A DNA stretch of 64,000 nt, from contig CBDANF010000003.1 in assembly GCA_965197475.1 (NCBI GenBank), positions 1,696,001 to 1,760,000 on the forward strand, written 5' to 3'. The notes beneath the pieces are model-generated. The model was not told where the DNA came from, ran no database searches, and saw only the letters and a list, made by a program, of their open reading frames with translations. Of the stretch, positions 30,995 to 41,654 are shown piece by piece. Origin of the DNA: Candidatus Poribacteria bacterium (GTDB lineage Bacteria > Poribacteria > WGA-4E > WGA-3G). The translations under genes were made by a program, and so were the position numbers. Every line of letters starts with the position of its first letter. Within the stretch, counting starts at the first letter, position 1.

Positions 30995-32887
30995 ATGCAT
31001 CAAAATGAACCAAGCGCGATTCAGGACGTTGAGAAACCTTCAACACTCCGTTTTATTGTTGGTACTCTCCTCTTCGGTTCTATCCTCATTATTCTTACCT
31101 GTTATTGGATAATCTCTGCCGAAAACCGTGTAGTGTGGGAACTCACAGATTTCTCAATCTTTCCCACCGTACTTTTCACATTCTTTCTGCTCGCTGCACT
31201 GGCACCTTTCCTGAGGAGAGTATTCAGACATGCTGCGCCAACTTCACGTGAACTCGCGTTGACGTACATCATGGTCTCAGTCGCAACTGCGCTTGCAGGA
31301 CACGACATCGTCCGGCAATTAGTACCGATGATAGCGAACGCGGGATGGTTTGCAACGCCGGAAAATGAATGGTCGGACATCTTCTTCCGCTTTCTACCAA
31401 GGTGGCTGACCATAACCGACCGTAAAATACTGCAAGGCTATTTTGAAGGGGATGACACCTTTTGGCAACCTCGCTACATGGAGGCGTGGTTTTGGCCGAT
31501 TGTTGCGTGGAGCAGCTTGGTAATAGTGCTGTTGTTTATGATGTTATGCATCAACATCATCATTCGGAAGCAGTGGATAGACCATGAAAAATTGAGTTAT
31601 CCGCTAACAACGCTTCCTATTGAACTGCTTGGCAATACCTCAAATCTTTTTCGCAACAAATTGATTTGGCTCGGTTTCGGCATTGCATTTGGTCTTGAGA
31701 TTTTGGCAGGACTGAATTATCTCTTTCCGGTGATTCCATCGCTCAAAATTAAGTATCAACTCTTCTTTTCAGATCGTCCTTGGAACGCGATGGGACGTTT
31801 GCCGGTTTATGTCTATCCATTTGCAATAGGTCTCGGTTATCTAATGCCGTTAGATTTAGCACTATCTTTCTGGGGATTTTATCTGTTTTGGGGTTTACAG
31901 CGCGTCTTTTTCAGCGCGACGGGATGGACAACGGCTATCGGCTTCCAAACAGAACAACGGGCAGGCGCATGGATCGGTATAGGGCTGCTTGCACTAGTGA
32001 CAAGTCGGAGAGAAATTCTAAAAGTGCTGAGAGGTGTATTCTCCTTTAAATCAAAAGATCCCTTATATCAACTTGCTGTCTTTGGATTGATGTTTGGATT
32101 AGCATTTATATTAATATTCTGGTATTTCGCGGGATTATCGCCGTGGGTTGCGCTCGGATATTTCGGCATTTATTTGGTGTTGTGCATTGGAATGACGCGC
32201 ATGCGTGCAGAACTTGGTCCTCCGACACACGAGTTGCACAGAGTGCATCCAGACCGAATTATGCTGCTATTTTTGGGTAGTCGTCCATTAGGCGCACAGA
32301 ACTTGACGAATACAACGCTGCTATCGTGGCTTGCTTATGGGTATCGTTGCCATCCAATGCCGCATCAGTTAGAGGCGTTTAAAATAGGTAAGTACTTCCG
32401 TCTCCGTGAAAATCGGTTGGTTATTGCATTGATAGTCGCCTCAATCGTTGGTGCTGTCATTTCTATTGTCGGGCATGTGGCACTCTATTATGAATTCCGG
32501 TTTGCACGCTGGGGAGTCGGTGAGTTTAACCGCTTGCAAAACTGGATTACCGCCCCGCGTGCACCGAACCTCTCTGCTATCCAACACATGGGGTTTGGCT
32601 TCCTTTTAACCGGTGTGTTGACGGTTCTCAAACGGCAGTTTTTGTGGTGGCCGTTCTATCCTGTGGGATATGCCGTGGGCAATGGTTGGGCAATCGGATG
32701 GATGTGGTTCTCAATTTTCTTAGGGTGGCTCTTCAAGAGATTGCTTTTCACAGGGGGCGGTGTGCGTGCTTACCGCAGGGCGTTACCTCTGTTTTTAGGG
32801 CTTATCTTCGGCCAATTCCTTGCAGGAAGCCTATGGAGTTTGTTAGGCGTGCTGTTCAACAAAAACATGTACACCCTTTTCCCATAA
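30995..32887 (+). CDS. Multi-TM DUF6785/DUF6784-type putative transporter
   Basis: FATPENEW, RKQWIDHEKLSYPL, RMRAELGPP, WWPFYPVGY; paralog of 51718..53685. Confidence 0.75.
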   Translation: MHQNEPSAIQDVEKPSTLRFIVGTLLFGSILIILTCYWIISAENRVVWELTDFSIFPTVLFTFFLLAALAPFLRRVFRHAAPTSRELALTYIMVSVATALAGHDIVRQLVPMIANAGWFATPENEWSDIFFRFLPRWLTITDRKILQGYFEGDDTFWQPRYMEAWFWPIVAWSSLVIVLLFMMLCINIIIRKQWIDHEKLSYPLTTLPIELLGNTSNLFRNKLIWLGFGIAFGLEILAGLNYLFPVIPSLKIKYQLFFSDRPWNAMGRLPVYVYPFAIGLGYLMPLDLALSFWGFYLFWGLQRVFFSATGWTTAIGFQTEQRAGAWIGIGLLALVTSRREILKVLRGVFSFKSKDPLYQLAVFGLMFGLAFILIFWYFAGLSPWVALGYFGIYLVLCIGMTRMRAELGPPTHELHRVHPDRIMLLFLGSRPLGAQNLTNTTLLSWLAYGYRCHPMPHQLEAFKIGKYFRLRENRLVIALIVASIVGAVISIVGHVALYYEFRFARWGVGEFNRLQNWITAPRAPNLSAIQHMGFGFLLTGVLTVLKRQFLWWPFYPVGYAVGNGWAIGWMWFSIFLGWLFKRLLFTGGGVRAYRRALPLFLGLIFGQFLAGSLWSLLGVLFNKNMYTLFP

Positions 32888-32891
32888 GAGC

Positions 32892-33236
32892 TTAAAAGTC
32901 TTCCAACGCCTCAGCTTCGGAGGCATATACGCCAATACTTTGCGTTAACCCAATGGTATTAAAAATAGTTCGCACCTGCATAGCTGGATGTGCAATTCGC
33001 AACGATTGTCCTTTATCCCGTGTTTTCCAAAGCAATTTGATGATCGTGCCAAACCCGCTACTCGTGATGAAACTTTGTCGATCAAAGTTGAGCAGCAATT
33101 TCGTTGCTTCCTGAACTCCGTTGTCAGCATAAGCATCATTAACAGCATCCTCAGATTCATTAGTTAAGTACCCTGTAATGTCAAATATTGCCACGTCGCC
33201 TTCGTGTCGGATAGAAATTTGCGGTTGTGCTCTCAC
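32892..33236 (-). CDS. STAS-domain anti-sigma-factor antagonist
   Basis: FITSSGFG, IFNTIGL, SEAEAL. Confidence 0.88.
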   Translation of the reverse strand: MRAQPQISIRHEGDVAIFDITGYLTNESEDAVNDAYADNGVQEATKLLLNFDRQSFITSSGFGTIIKLLWKTRDKGQSLRIAHPAMQVRTIFNTIGLTQSIGVYASEAEALEDF

Positions 33237-33299
33237 ATTTTCCTCCTCAAGATTAAATCCTTAAATCATTAGTATCCTGAATTCGTTATAAAAGTATCG

Positions 33300-34244
33300 T
33301 CAATCTTCAGTGAAAGTGCGTTGGGGCGGCGTGTGTTTTGGTTGCTCACGCACTATAGTCTTGTCGTCAAGATGAAGCCAAGTTTCAAATTGACGCGTCC
33401 CTTCTCTTAATTCAATCACTCGTGTCCCGCGCGGAAAACCATCTTTGCCATAGGTGTTGTAACCCGTTGCTCTACCGTAGCAGAGGCGAATCCCGTGCAA
33501 ATCGCCCCAGAAATCGTTAATATGATCATGCCCAACGAAGGTCCCTATAACATCCCCAGCTTCGTGCAGAGCAGCAAAAAAACCGGTATTGATTCGAGGC
33601 GCGCAAATATCCTCATATTTTACACCGTAGCAGGTGTGAAAATCCCATACTTCGTGATATTCAGGAATTGGGATGTGGAAAAACGCGAGCGCGGGTAGTG
33701 GATATCCTGCCGATGCAGTATAATTTGCAGATTCACTGAGAAACCACTCTATTTGGGCTCGCTTGATCCAGTCGTAGCCACCAATTTCTGTTTGGGCATA
33801 ACTACCAGAATCAATAAAATAGAGCAGTGCGGCAGAACCAATTTTTTCTGAACTTTGAACTGTTAAAACATAATTTCCAACCCCCGGAATCTCTGCCGGT
33901 CCCGGTTCCGCAAGCGACAAATCACTTTCCTGCATGACTGCCATCAATTCGTGGCGATTTGCTGTGCCTTCATCATCATGATTGCCGAAAACTGCTGTCC
34001 AAGGTGTGCCACACCGTTCCAAAATCTGGACAATCTGTTGAAGTGATTTAACAGCATCATGACACCCCGCCCCCGCCAAGATATCGCCAGTCAACACGAT
34101 TAAATCGGGTGATTCTGATCGTGCTATACTTTCCATCAAAGCCGCAGATTTCTGGTCAGCAGGTTCACCGTTGTGCCAATGGATATCGGTGAACTGGACA
34201 ATCTTAAAACAACCGTCCTCGCGAAATCTTAATTCAATTTTCAT
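33300..34244 (-). CDS. Metallophosphoesterase (Dcr2-like)
   Basis: DIH, TGD, GNHD, FFHIP, GHDHIND. Confidence 0.9.
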   Translation of the reverse strand: MKIELRFREDGCFKIVQFTDIHWHNGEPADQKSAALMESIARSESPDLIVLTGDILAGAGCHDAVKSLQQIVQILERCGTPWTAVFGNHDDEGTANRHELMAVMQESDLSLAEPGPAEIPGVGNYVLTVQSSEKIGSAALLYFIDSGSYAQTEIGGYDWIKRAQIEWFLSESANYTASAGYPLPALAFFHIPIPEYHEVWDFHTCYGVKYEDICAPRINTGFFAALHEAGDVIGTFVGHDHINDFWGDLHGIRLCYGRATGYNTYGKDGFPRGTRVIELREGTRQFETWLHLDDKTIVREQPKHTPPQRTFTED

Positions 34245-35099
34245 TTTCTATAATTTTCCTCCCGCGTAACTATAAACATAATTCCGAAAAAATGCAAGCA
34301 AATTCTACGATATCTTATTATTCATAAATATGTAATACTCGACTCAAATTGTGATTCGGAATATGCCGTTACAATTTGGGGTCACCTCTATAGAGACACC
34401 ACACCTAAAAAGGATAGTAAAACGTATCATAATTTTTTTTTGATTGCGCAGTATGAGAGACTGTACTTCCGCACTTCTTGTAGGAAGGTTTTGTAAGCCA
34501 GATGCTGCCGCTTCACCACTTAATCAGATAATAAATTGGTCTTTTTCTGAAAAAATTAGCGTAATTTACAACTAACACAATCGATTTATACAATTCGGTT
34601 TAAGGAAAATGAGAATGTGATATATTGTCCTAAAATTTGGTAACAGATACAAAAAAGAAGCGTTAATCTTAAACCAAAACAACGTGTTTTTCATAATCGT
34701 TGTAATTGTGCAATGCGATTAAGTTTGAATACCGACCCAAGTTTGCAGTAACGTGAGATCTGTCGGTATTTAGCAAAAAATGCGTTTTAGGAATGCAATA
34801 TACACATATTTTGCATGATTGCATTTCTGTAGATTAGCTAAAACCAGTAACAGTAAGAGTTTTCTGATTGGAACTTGAATTGTTATGTCTTGCGTAAGCC
34901 GGAGATCCTCAACGTGACAACTGTTTTAGACATATCAGGTTTTGTTAGCACTTGAGGAAAGACTGACTTATAGGTTTTGACATCCACACAGGATAAAGCC
35001 AATATGAAGGAAGTAAAACGCACACTTTATATTGTGCATCCCACAAGGGAAATCTTAGGTTCCAAAAAGCAGGAAACTTACCATATCAGGTGATTAATT

Positions 35100-35453
35100 A
35101 TGCAAAAAGCACTTCTCATAATCTGTGTCTATTTCATTGTGTTTGTGTTTCTGGGAATCTTATGGTATTACCCAGTGATGCCATTTCTCTTTTATAACAC
35201 ACTTGCAGATTCTGTAATGAAGGAACGGATGGAAGGGGATTTGATTGAATTCTATGGGATTGTTCACGAAACCCACCAGCTTGCAAGTAAAGGGGTAGCT
35301 GTCACAGCCCGAGAAAAAGTTGTTTTGGTTCTCACTCCTCTGGGTGATTACGGATTAGTGATATGGCCTATAGTTGGTCTTCTCTGGGGCTTGTGGCGTG
35401 GGATGTCTCATCTGCTTCGATCACGAAAATTGAATCCTGTCTCTCACTCATAA
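35100..35453 (+). CDS. Hypothetical 2-TM protein
   Basis: Two hydrophobic segments; followed by a terminator. Confidence 0.65.
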   Translation: MQKALLIICVYFIVFVFLGILWYYPVMPFLFYNTLADSVMKERMEGDLIEFYGIVHETHQLASKGVAVTAREKVVLVLTPLGDYGLVIWPIVGLLWGLWRGMSHLLRSRKLNPVSHS

Positions 35454-35473
35454 TAAATTGGCTTAGAAACCAT

Positions 35474-35512
35474 AAACAGGCGGGAACCTTATTACCCGCC
35501 TGTTTTTATTTT
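35474..35512 (+). terminator. Rho-independent terminator
   Basis: AAACAGGCGGG..CCCGCCTGTTTTTATTTT. Confidence 0.75.
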
Positions 35513-35653
35513 TACTGCCATCCCAAGTCTTTTTGCTTGCCTTCCCTTACAGGCAATGGTATAATTAAAAAAGTTTGCGATAATTAGATCCATTTTGAAG
35601 AGCTAACAGACTATAACTAAACCTAACCACCGGGGTGAAAGAATCTAACTATT

Positions 35654-36601
35654 ATGATCAATTTTGATTATCTTGCTAAAGGGCTCTACGCAATGGCGCG
35701 TGCTCACCATGTTAACACTATGGCGGGACACCTTGGTGCTGCTATCGTTGCGGGATGTCTTATTACAGAAAATCATCCGAACCTTGACGAAAAGGTCTAC
35801 GCGGGAATCAAGGCGGAATTGGATCGTATCGTCTACGGTGAATCGGTTTTTAGTCCGGGAGAAAACGCTGCTATTTCAGTAAATGAGATGTTTACTCCAC
35901 TACCTAAGACACCGTCGAAAGAGAACTTGATTGATGGTATTGCCCAAGCACTGACACATAACATCAATCAGACTCGGCAATCCGGGCACAATGTTATTTT
36001 CGCCGCAATTGCGATCCGCGCACTTAAACGTCATCCTGAGTTTGCCACCCCTGCTATTACTGATGGCATCCGAAAACTGATTGCGGGATTCAACGATGTA
36101 ACACCTGGTACCGCCTATTACGGAAAGGAGAAAGGGCGCATTGATGGGCGTAAAGTCATGTTGCCTGAGGAGGGTACTTTCCCACCCTACAGTGATTTAC
36201 AGACAATGGCAACAGTCGTGCTGGATACATTGATTCAGCATGCTTCGGAACGTCGGCAAGGATACGGTGGACTCTGGCATGTCATCAATCATGCTGCAGC
36301 ACTCTCTGAGTTAGCAGAATACGGCTATCAAGAACTTGCCATTATAGGTTTGGCAGCACATCACCAACACATGCAGTTATGGAAAACATTGCCAAATGTA
36401 ACGGATGAACTTGGCGCGGAAACACCAACAAAGGACGATCCGCGTCAACCAGTTTACTGGCAGTCTAACGATCTCCGCCGTGATCGAGCCCGACTTACAC
36501 ATCGCATCAAGACGTTTTATGGGTTTGACACCTTGGTCGAATTGGTCGAGGACAAAGCAAAACGCGAACAAGGCTATGATAGATTACGATACCTGATGTA
36601 G
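35654..36601 (+). CDS. Conserved hypothetical protein, His-motif helical
   Basis: 315-aa ORF with GHLGAA, GHNVIF, HVINHA, THRIK motifs. Confidence 0.75.
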   Translation: MINFDYLAKGLYAMARAHHVNTMAGHLGAAIVAGCLITENHPNLDEKVYAGIKAELDRIVYGESVFSPGENAAISVNEMFTPLPKTPSKENLIDGIAQALTHNINQTRQSGHNVIFAAIAIRALKRHPEFATPAITDGIRKLIAGFNDVTPGTAYYGKEKGRIDGRKVMLPEEGTFPPYSDLQTMATVVLDTLIQHASERRQGYGGLWHVINHAAALSELAEYGYQELAIIGLAAHHQHMQLWKTLPNVTDELGAETPTKDDPRQPVYWQSNDLRRDRARLTHRIKTFYGFDTLVELVEDKAKREQGYDRLRYLM

Positions 36602-36615
36602 CAGATGTAGCATCC

Positions 36616-37431
36616 ATGCAGAATAAGGATCCTATTAACAAATTTGACATTCACACCACTATCCTCTCAAACGAGAAAGTAGCGGAGGATCATTATCTGT
36701 TGCGTTGTGAGTGTTCTGAGATTGCACAGCATGCACAGCCAGGGCAATTTATTCATGTCCTGATTTCGAACGGGACAGGACTTTTACTCCGCCGACCGTT
36801 TACAATCTATACGGTTGATGATAGAGAAATAACTATGCTCTATCAGATCATCGGTGAGGGAACACAGCGATTGTCAGAGATGCAGAAAGGGGCATCGCTG
36901 CATGTAATGGGACCACTCGGAAATACGTTTGAGATCGCCGACAATCCTGAACCAGCAATCTTAGTTGGTGGAGGTGCAGGTATCGCGTCTTTGATGCTGC
37001 TTGCTGTTGCGTTGCGCGCACAAGGTATACAGACGATCGGATTGGTTGGCGCACAACATCAGGGGCGACTGTTGAGCGTTAATGATTTGAAAGCAATAGG
37101 CGTTGCGGTACATATTGCCACCGATGACGGAAGTGTGGGACATCACGGTTTTGTTACCGACATTCTGACAGACATGCTCCGAAAAAATGACTTACAACGT
37201 CCAACAATCTACGCCTGTGGACCACACGGAATGCTTGCTGCTGTCTCGAAGATTACAACAGAATTTGAAGTCCCGACTCAAGTTGCTATGGAGAATCGGA
37301 TGGGATGTGCATTGGGTGTGTGTCTTGGATGTGTTTGTCCCGTTCGTATTGATGCAAATCGGATTGAATACCAACGTGTCTGCACCGAAGGCCCCGTCTT
37401 TAATGCAACAGATATTGCATGGGAAATTTAG
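36616..37431 (+). CDS. pyrK: Dihydroorotate dehydrogenase electron transfer subunit
   Basis: LRRPF, GPLGN, GGGAG, YACGP, MGCALGVCLGC..VCTEGP. Confidence 0.88.
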   Translation: MQNKDPINKFDIHTTILSNEKVAEDHYLLRCECSEIAQHAQPGQFIHVLISNGTGLLLRRPFTIYTVDDREITMLYQIIGEGTQRLSEMQKGASLHVMGPLGNTFEIADNPEPAILVGGGAGIASLMLLAVALRAQGIQTIGLVGAQHQGRLLSVNDLKAIGVAVHIATDDGSVGHHGFVTDILTDMLRKNDLQRPTIYACGPHGMLAAVSKITTEFEVPTQVAMENRMGCALGVCLGCVCPVRIDANRIEYQRVCTEGPVFNATDIAWEI

Positions 37432-37454
37432 CAAATAAAGTTAAAACAGACAAA

Positions 37455-38561
37455 ATGAATCCTACATTTTATAGCGAATTAACATCAACAAGTCTTGACG
37501 GTGAACTGATTTCAGATGCTTGTTGTGAAAAGATATTATCCGCCTCAGAAGTAGAATTGCTTCCACTATTGGATGCTGCATATCAAGTTCGCAAAACATA
37601 TTTTCAGAACAGAGTCCAACTGCATATCCTCAATAACGCGCAGAACGGCAATTGCCCAGAGGATTGCCATTACTGCGTGCAAGCAAAAACTGCAACGACA
37701 GATATTGATACCTATTCTTTGAAACCGATGTCTGAAGTTCTCGCTGAGGCAGAACGTGCATATCAATCTGGCGCGTATCGCTACTGCATAGTAATGAGTG
37801 GACGGGGACCAAGTCCTAAACGTGTCTCACAACTGGCGGAATTAATCCAATCAGTAAAAGCACGATACCCGATTGAGGTGTGTCTATCTGTCGGATTGAT
37901 TGATGAACCTGCTGCGCGCACTTTGAAAGACGCAGGACTCGACAGATTGAACCACAATCTCAATACCTCGGAATCCCATTATCCAAAAATATGTAGCACA
38001 CATACATATCAGGATAGAATGGATACATTACATGCTGCACAAGCGGTTGGACTTGCCTGCTGCTCAGGTGTGATTGTTGGGATGGGTGAAGAAAACGAGG
38101 ATTTAATCAGAGTTGCTAAGGAACTGCGTAGATTGGAGGTAGCCTCAATTCCTGTCAACTTTTTCCTGCCGATAGATGGCACGCAATTGTCGGAATTTGT
38201 TATGGAAACTCCGCTGGATGTGACTACTATTTTGACACCAGACTACTGCCTGCGTGTGTTATGTTTGTTCCGATTACTAAACCCACAGGCAGAGATCCGA
38301 GTAGCTGCAGGCAGAGAACACCATCTACGGAGCATGGAGGTCATGGCACTCTATCCTGCGAATTCGATGTTCTTAGAGGGTTACCTTAACGCAACAGGGA
38401 AAGAAGCATCACGTACACTACAGATGCTACAAGATGCGGGTTTTACTGTTGAAACAAATGGGGAAATCTCGGATTATTTGCAGCAATCACCGACTGAGCA
38501 GGAAGGTGTGCTTCTCAAAGAGTTGCAAGTGCTTCGTCCGCGAATGGAATCCAACACATAA
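37455..38561 (+). CDS. bioB: Biotin synthase
   Basis: CPEDCHYC radical-SAM motif, NHNLNTS, SIPVNF, IRVAAGRE. Confidence 0.93.
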   Translation: MNPTFYSELTSTSLDGELISDACCEKILSASEVELLPLLDAAYQVRKTYFQNRVQLHILNNAQNGNCPEDCHYCVQAKTATTDIDTYSLKPMSEVLAEAERAYQSGAYRYCIVMSGRGPSPKRVSQLAELIQSVKARYPIEVCLSVGLIDEPAARTLKDAGLDRLNHNLNTSESHYPKICSTHTYQDRMDTLHAAQAVGLACCSGVIVGMGEENEDLIRVAKELRRLEVASIPVNFFLPIDGTQLSEFVMETPLDVTTILTPDYCLRVLCLFRLLNPQAEIRVAAGREHHLRSMEVMALYPANSMFLEGYLNATGKEASRTLQMLQDAGFTVETNGEISDYLQQSPTEQEGVLLKELQVLRPRMESNT

Positions 38562-38591
38562 TGTTAGCGGTAGATATTGTTGGTACAACAC

Positions 38592-39563
38592 CTAATAGCA
38601 GTCGCAGCTTTCTTCCTTAAGATCCAAAGATAGTTGAAGGGTTTGGGGTGCCGTCGCAACGACTCCTCCATTAGTTTTGATTTTTTCAAAGTCAATATGT
38701 CGCATGTCTTCTGGAATAACAAAGGACGACTTTAACACTTCCCAGTCTTTGTCAACAATCGTGATGATTTCTTCGCGATAAAAACTTACCCATACGTCCC
38801 CAATTTTAGAGTTTGGTGATTCTTGCGCTAACTTCCGTTGTGTGATTTCTACATATTGGGGATCAATGTCTATCCCTATAACGTGTCTTCCTAATCTTGC
38901 AGCAGCGACAGCTGTTGTGCCAGTCCCCATAAACGGGTCAAGGATCACGTCGCCTTCGTCTGTGCTCATCAAAAGCAGACGTTCTAAAAGATGTACTGGG
39001 AGTTGACAGGGGTGCGGGTCTCTATGTTTATTATGGCGAATACGGTGTATATCCGACCAGACATCAGGGACAAGAGGTCCAAAAGGATGTAATATTTTTT
39101 TCTTTCCACCGTAGTCTTTTAACAAGTATCCACATTTCCGACATCGCTTATGTGGATAACGAATTTCATAGAATTTGTTTTCACGTTGATTCTTTGCATA
39201 AAACAAAATGCCATAGTGTGAAGGCTGCAAGGTTTTACCCATAGGTGCTGTTGGTGCGTCCCATGCAATCCAGTGGCGAAAATCTGCAACTTCGTTGAGG
39301 AAACCCGAATAGTAGGTTAGCCACTTAGGGATATTGTGCAAGAAGATGGATCCGCTTGGTTTTGTTATTCTCACCATTTCAAGGATCCATTGTTTACACC
39401 AATTGAGATAATCGTCTGTCCCTTTCTCGTCTTTGTAAGTACCGTACTTCTTTTTGAGGTTAAAAGGTGGGTCGGCAAATGTCACATCAATACTGCCTGA
39501 AGGAATTTGTTGCATAATCTCTATACAATCGCCGTGAATGATTTGATTGATAAAATTTTCCAT
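38592..39563 (-). CDS. Orphan site-specific DNA methyltransferase (N4/N6, beta class)
   Basis: DPPFN before DPFMGTGTT; HPCQLP. Confidence 0.9.
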   Translation of the reverse strand: MENFINQIIHGDCIEIMQQIPSGSIDVTFADPPFNLKKKYGTYKDEKGTDDYLNWCKQWILEMVRITKPSGSIFLHNIPKWLTYYSGFLNEVADFRHWIAWDAPTAPMGKTLQPSHYGILFYAKNQRENKFYEIRYPHKRCRKCGYLLKDYGGKKKILHPFGPLVPDVWSDIHRIRHNKHRDPHPCQLPVHLLERLLLMSTDEGDVILDPFMGTGTTAVAAARLGRHVIGIDIDPQYVEITQRKLAQESPNSKIGDVWVSFYREEIITIVDKDWEVLKSSFVIPEDMRHIDFEKIKTNGGVVATAPQTLQLSLDLKEESCDCY

Positions 39564-39688
39564 GTTGATATTGCTCGACGTGCTTGAAACACTTCAAAGT
39601 TTATCGAAAATTTAGTAGAATTATATGTAGCAATCCGATAGCGCAAAGACTCCGATCAGAGGATCAGGACTGAAATCCCTAAAAACAG

Positions 39689-39907
39689 TTATGCACCCGC
39701 CGTTTCAATCTTGCAAGGGATCTTACTAAGAATCAGTTTCTCCATTTCAACTTTGCTGCTGGCATTATCAATGTCAATACCAACAAGCCTGCCATCTGCA
39801 TCATAATCAATAAGGATACCTTCTGAGATTTCTAAACTCTCTACGCTGGGTTGTTCGGACAAAGTGATATACAGTGAGTCGGTTTCTGGATAGTAGTTGA
39901 GTTTCAT
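39689..39907 (-). CDS. DUF2283 family protein
   Basis: YYPETDSLYI..DYDADGRLVGIDI. Confidence 0.85.
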   Translation of the reverse strand: MKLNYYPETDSLYITLSEQPSVESLEISEGILIDYDADGRLVGIDIDNASSKVEMEKLILSKIPCKIETAGA

Positions 39908-39925
39908 GGCTTCAATTTCCAATCA

Positions 39926-41215
39926 TCATCCAATCTGCTTCAAACCGCCCATATACGGTTGCAGCACCGCAGGCACACGCACTGTGCCATCCGGATTCTG
40001 ATATGTTTCAAGAAGCGCAATAACAACGCGCGGCAGTGCCGTGCCAGACGCATTGAGTGTGTGAATAAACTCTGGCTTTGCACCAACTTCTGGACGGTAT
40101 CTGATATTTGCGCGGCGTGCTTGGAATGCCTCAAAGTTGCTACAAGAAGAAACCTCTAAAAACCTTTCCCCTGCTGGTGCCCAAACTTCAATATCATAGC
40201 ATTTTGCGGCGGCAAAAGAGAGTTCAACCGTGCAGTGCTGCACAACGCGATAAGGCAGACCGAGTGCCTGCAAAACGCTCTCTGCATTTGCCAAAAGCGA
40301 TTCGTGTTCCATGTATGAATTTTCTGGTGTGGTAAACTTTACCATTTCCACCTTGTCAAACTGATGGATACGTTGTAGGCCGCGTGTATCCTTTCCATAC
40401 GCACCCGCCTCTCGACGGAAACAAGGTGTGTAGGCAGTATAATAGATAGGCAACTCTTCAGCGGACAATATCTCACCAGCGAAAAGGTTCGTCACAGGAA
40501 CTTCGGCAGTCGGAATCAGAAACAGATCGCTATCAGGATTTTCTTCATCTCTGTCGCACCGATACATATCCGCCTCTAATTTTGGGATTTGACCTGTTCC
40601 TGTCATTGTGGAACGGTTCGCAAGGAACGGAGGAGAAATTTCGGTGTAGCCGTGTTGGATAGTGTGTAGATCAAGCATGAACTGGATCAAAGCACGTTCC
40701 AATCTTGCTCCCAATCCCTTGAAAACGACAAAGTTGCTACCTGCTACCTTTGCACCTCGCTGAAAATCAACAATATCTAACTCTTCTGTGATCTCCCAAT
40801 GCGGTTTTAGTTCAAAGTCGGAACTCGGCAGCTTACCCCATGTTTTGATTTCAATGTTATCCGCTTCACTTGTGCCGAAAGGTGTACTTGCCTCAGGCAT
40901 GTTCGGAATCGTCAAACAGATGGTGTCTATCTCAGTTTTAAGGTCGTTAGCCTCTGCGTTACGCTCCTTGATTTCCTGGGAGAGTTTCCGCATCTCCGCA
41001 ATAGTTTCTGTTGCGTCCTGCTTTTCCTTTTTCAATTGGGCAATTTGTTGTGAAACCTGATTCTGATGCGCCTGCAGAGTCTGTGTGTGAGTCAAATTCT
41101 CACGCCAGCGCGTATCCGATTCAATCAGTTTGTCTAAATCTGCATCAGTCTGGCGATCTGCTAACATCTTGCGAACGTCATCGGCATTTTCTCTAATAAA
41201 TTTGAGGTCAAGCAC
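39926..41215 (-). CDS. serS: Serine--tRNA ligase
   Basis: LIPTAEVP, CFRREAG, RIHQFDKVE, EVSSCSN, HTLN. Confidence 0.97.
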   Translation of the reverse strand: MLDLKFIRENADDVRKMLADRQTDADLDKLIESDTRWRENLTHTQTLQAHQNQVSQQIAQLKKEKQDATETIAEMRKLSQEIKERNAEANDLKTEIDTICLTIPNMPEASTPFGTSEADNIEIKTWGKLPSSDFELKPHWEITEELDIVDFQRGAKVAGSNFVVFKGLGARLERALIQFMLDLHTIQHGYTEISPPFLANRSTMTGTGQIPKLEADMYRCDRDEENPDSDLFLIPTAEVPVTNLFAGEILSAEELPIYYTAYTPCFRREAGAYGKDTRGLQRIHQFDKVEMVKFTTPENSYMEHESLLANAESVLQALGLPYRVVQHCTVELSFAAAKCYDIEVWAPAGERFLEVSSCSNFEAFQARRANIRYRPEVGAKPEFIHTLNASGTALPRVVIALLETYQNPDGTVRVPAVLQPYMGGLKQIG

Positions 41216-41346
41216 GGTAATTCTGCTCCTCTATTATAAGGTGTTGTTTGTAGACACATATTCAGAAGTGAGATTCGTAGCGTGGTTGTAACGAAAAAAC
41301 CACAGCATTGCTTGACACAACCTGTGGCTAATTCTTCAATTATAAA

Positions 41347-41422
41347 CGGGCCCGACGGGACTTGAACCCGCGACCTCCTGCGTGACAGGCAGGCGCGCTA
41401 AACCAAACTGCGCCACGAGCCC
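41347..41422 (-). tRNA. tRNA-Asp (GTC)
   Basis: GGGCTCGTGGCGCAGTTTGG...CCTGCCTGTCACGCAGG...GTTCAAGTCC. Confidence 0.95.
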
Positions 41423-41441
41423 ATAAGATACCTCTAACAAG

Positions 41442-41515
41442 TAGGCGGGACAGGACTTGAACCTGTGACCTACAGCTTGTAAGGCTGTCGCTCTAGCCAC
41501 CTGAGCTACCCGCCC
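41442..41515 (-). tRNA. tRNA-Val (TAC)
   Basis: GGGCGGGTAGCTCAGGTGG...CAGCCTTACAAGCTG...GTTCAAGTCC. Confidence 0.95.
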
Positions 41516-41654
41516 AAAATGAGATTTTTGTATCTCATCTCAAGGACGCTATTAAGTATAACACATGCGCTGTTGTTTGTCAAGAAAATTTTATTTTTCT
41601 GAAAATACTTTTCAGAAATCGTTTGATTAATATTCTGCTTCGCTCATTCTATTG

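Noticed and set aside
41347-41515. Integrative element at tRNA-Asp/Val
   Set aside because: No integrase and no duplicated tRNA 3' end seen.
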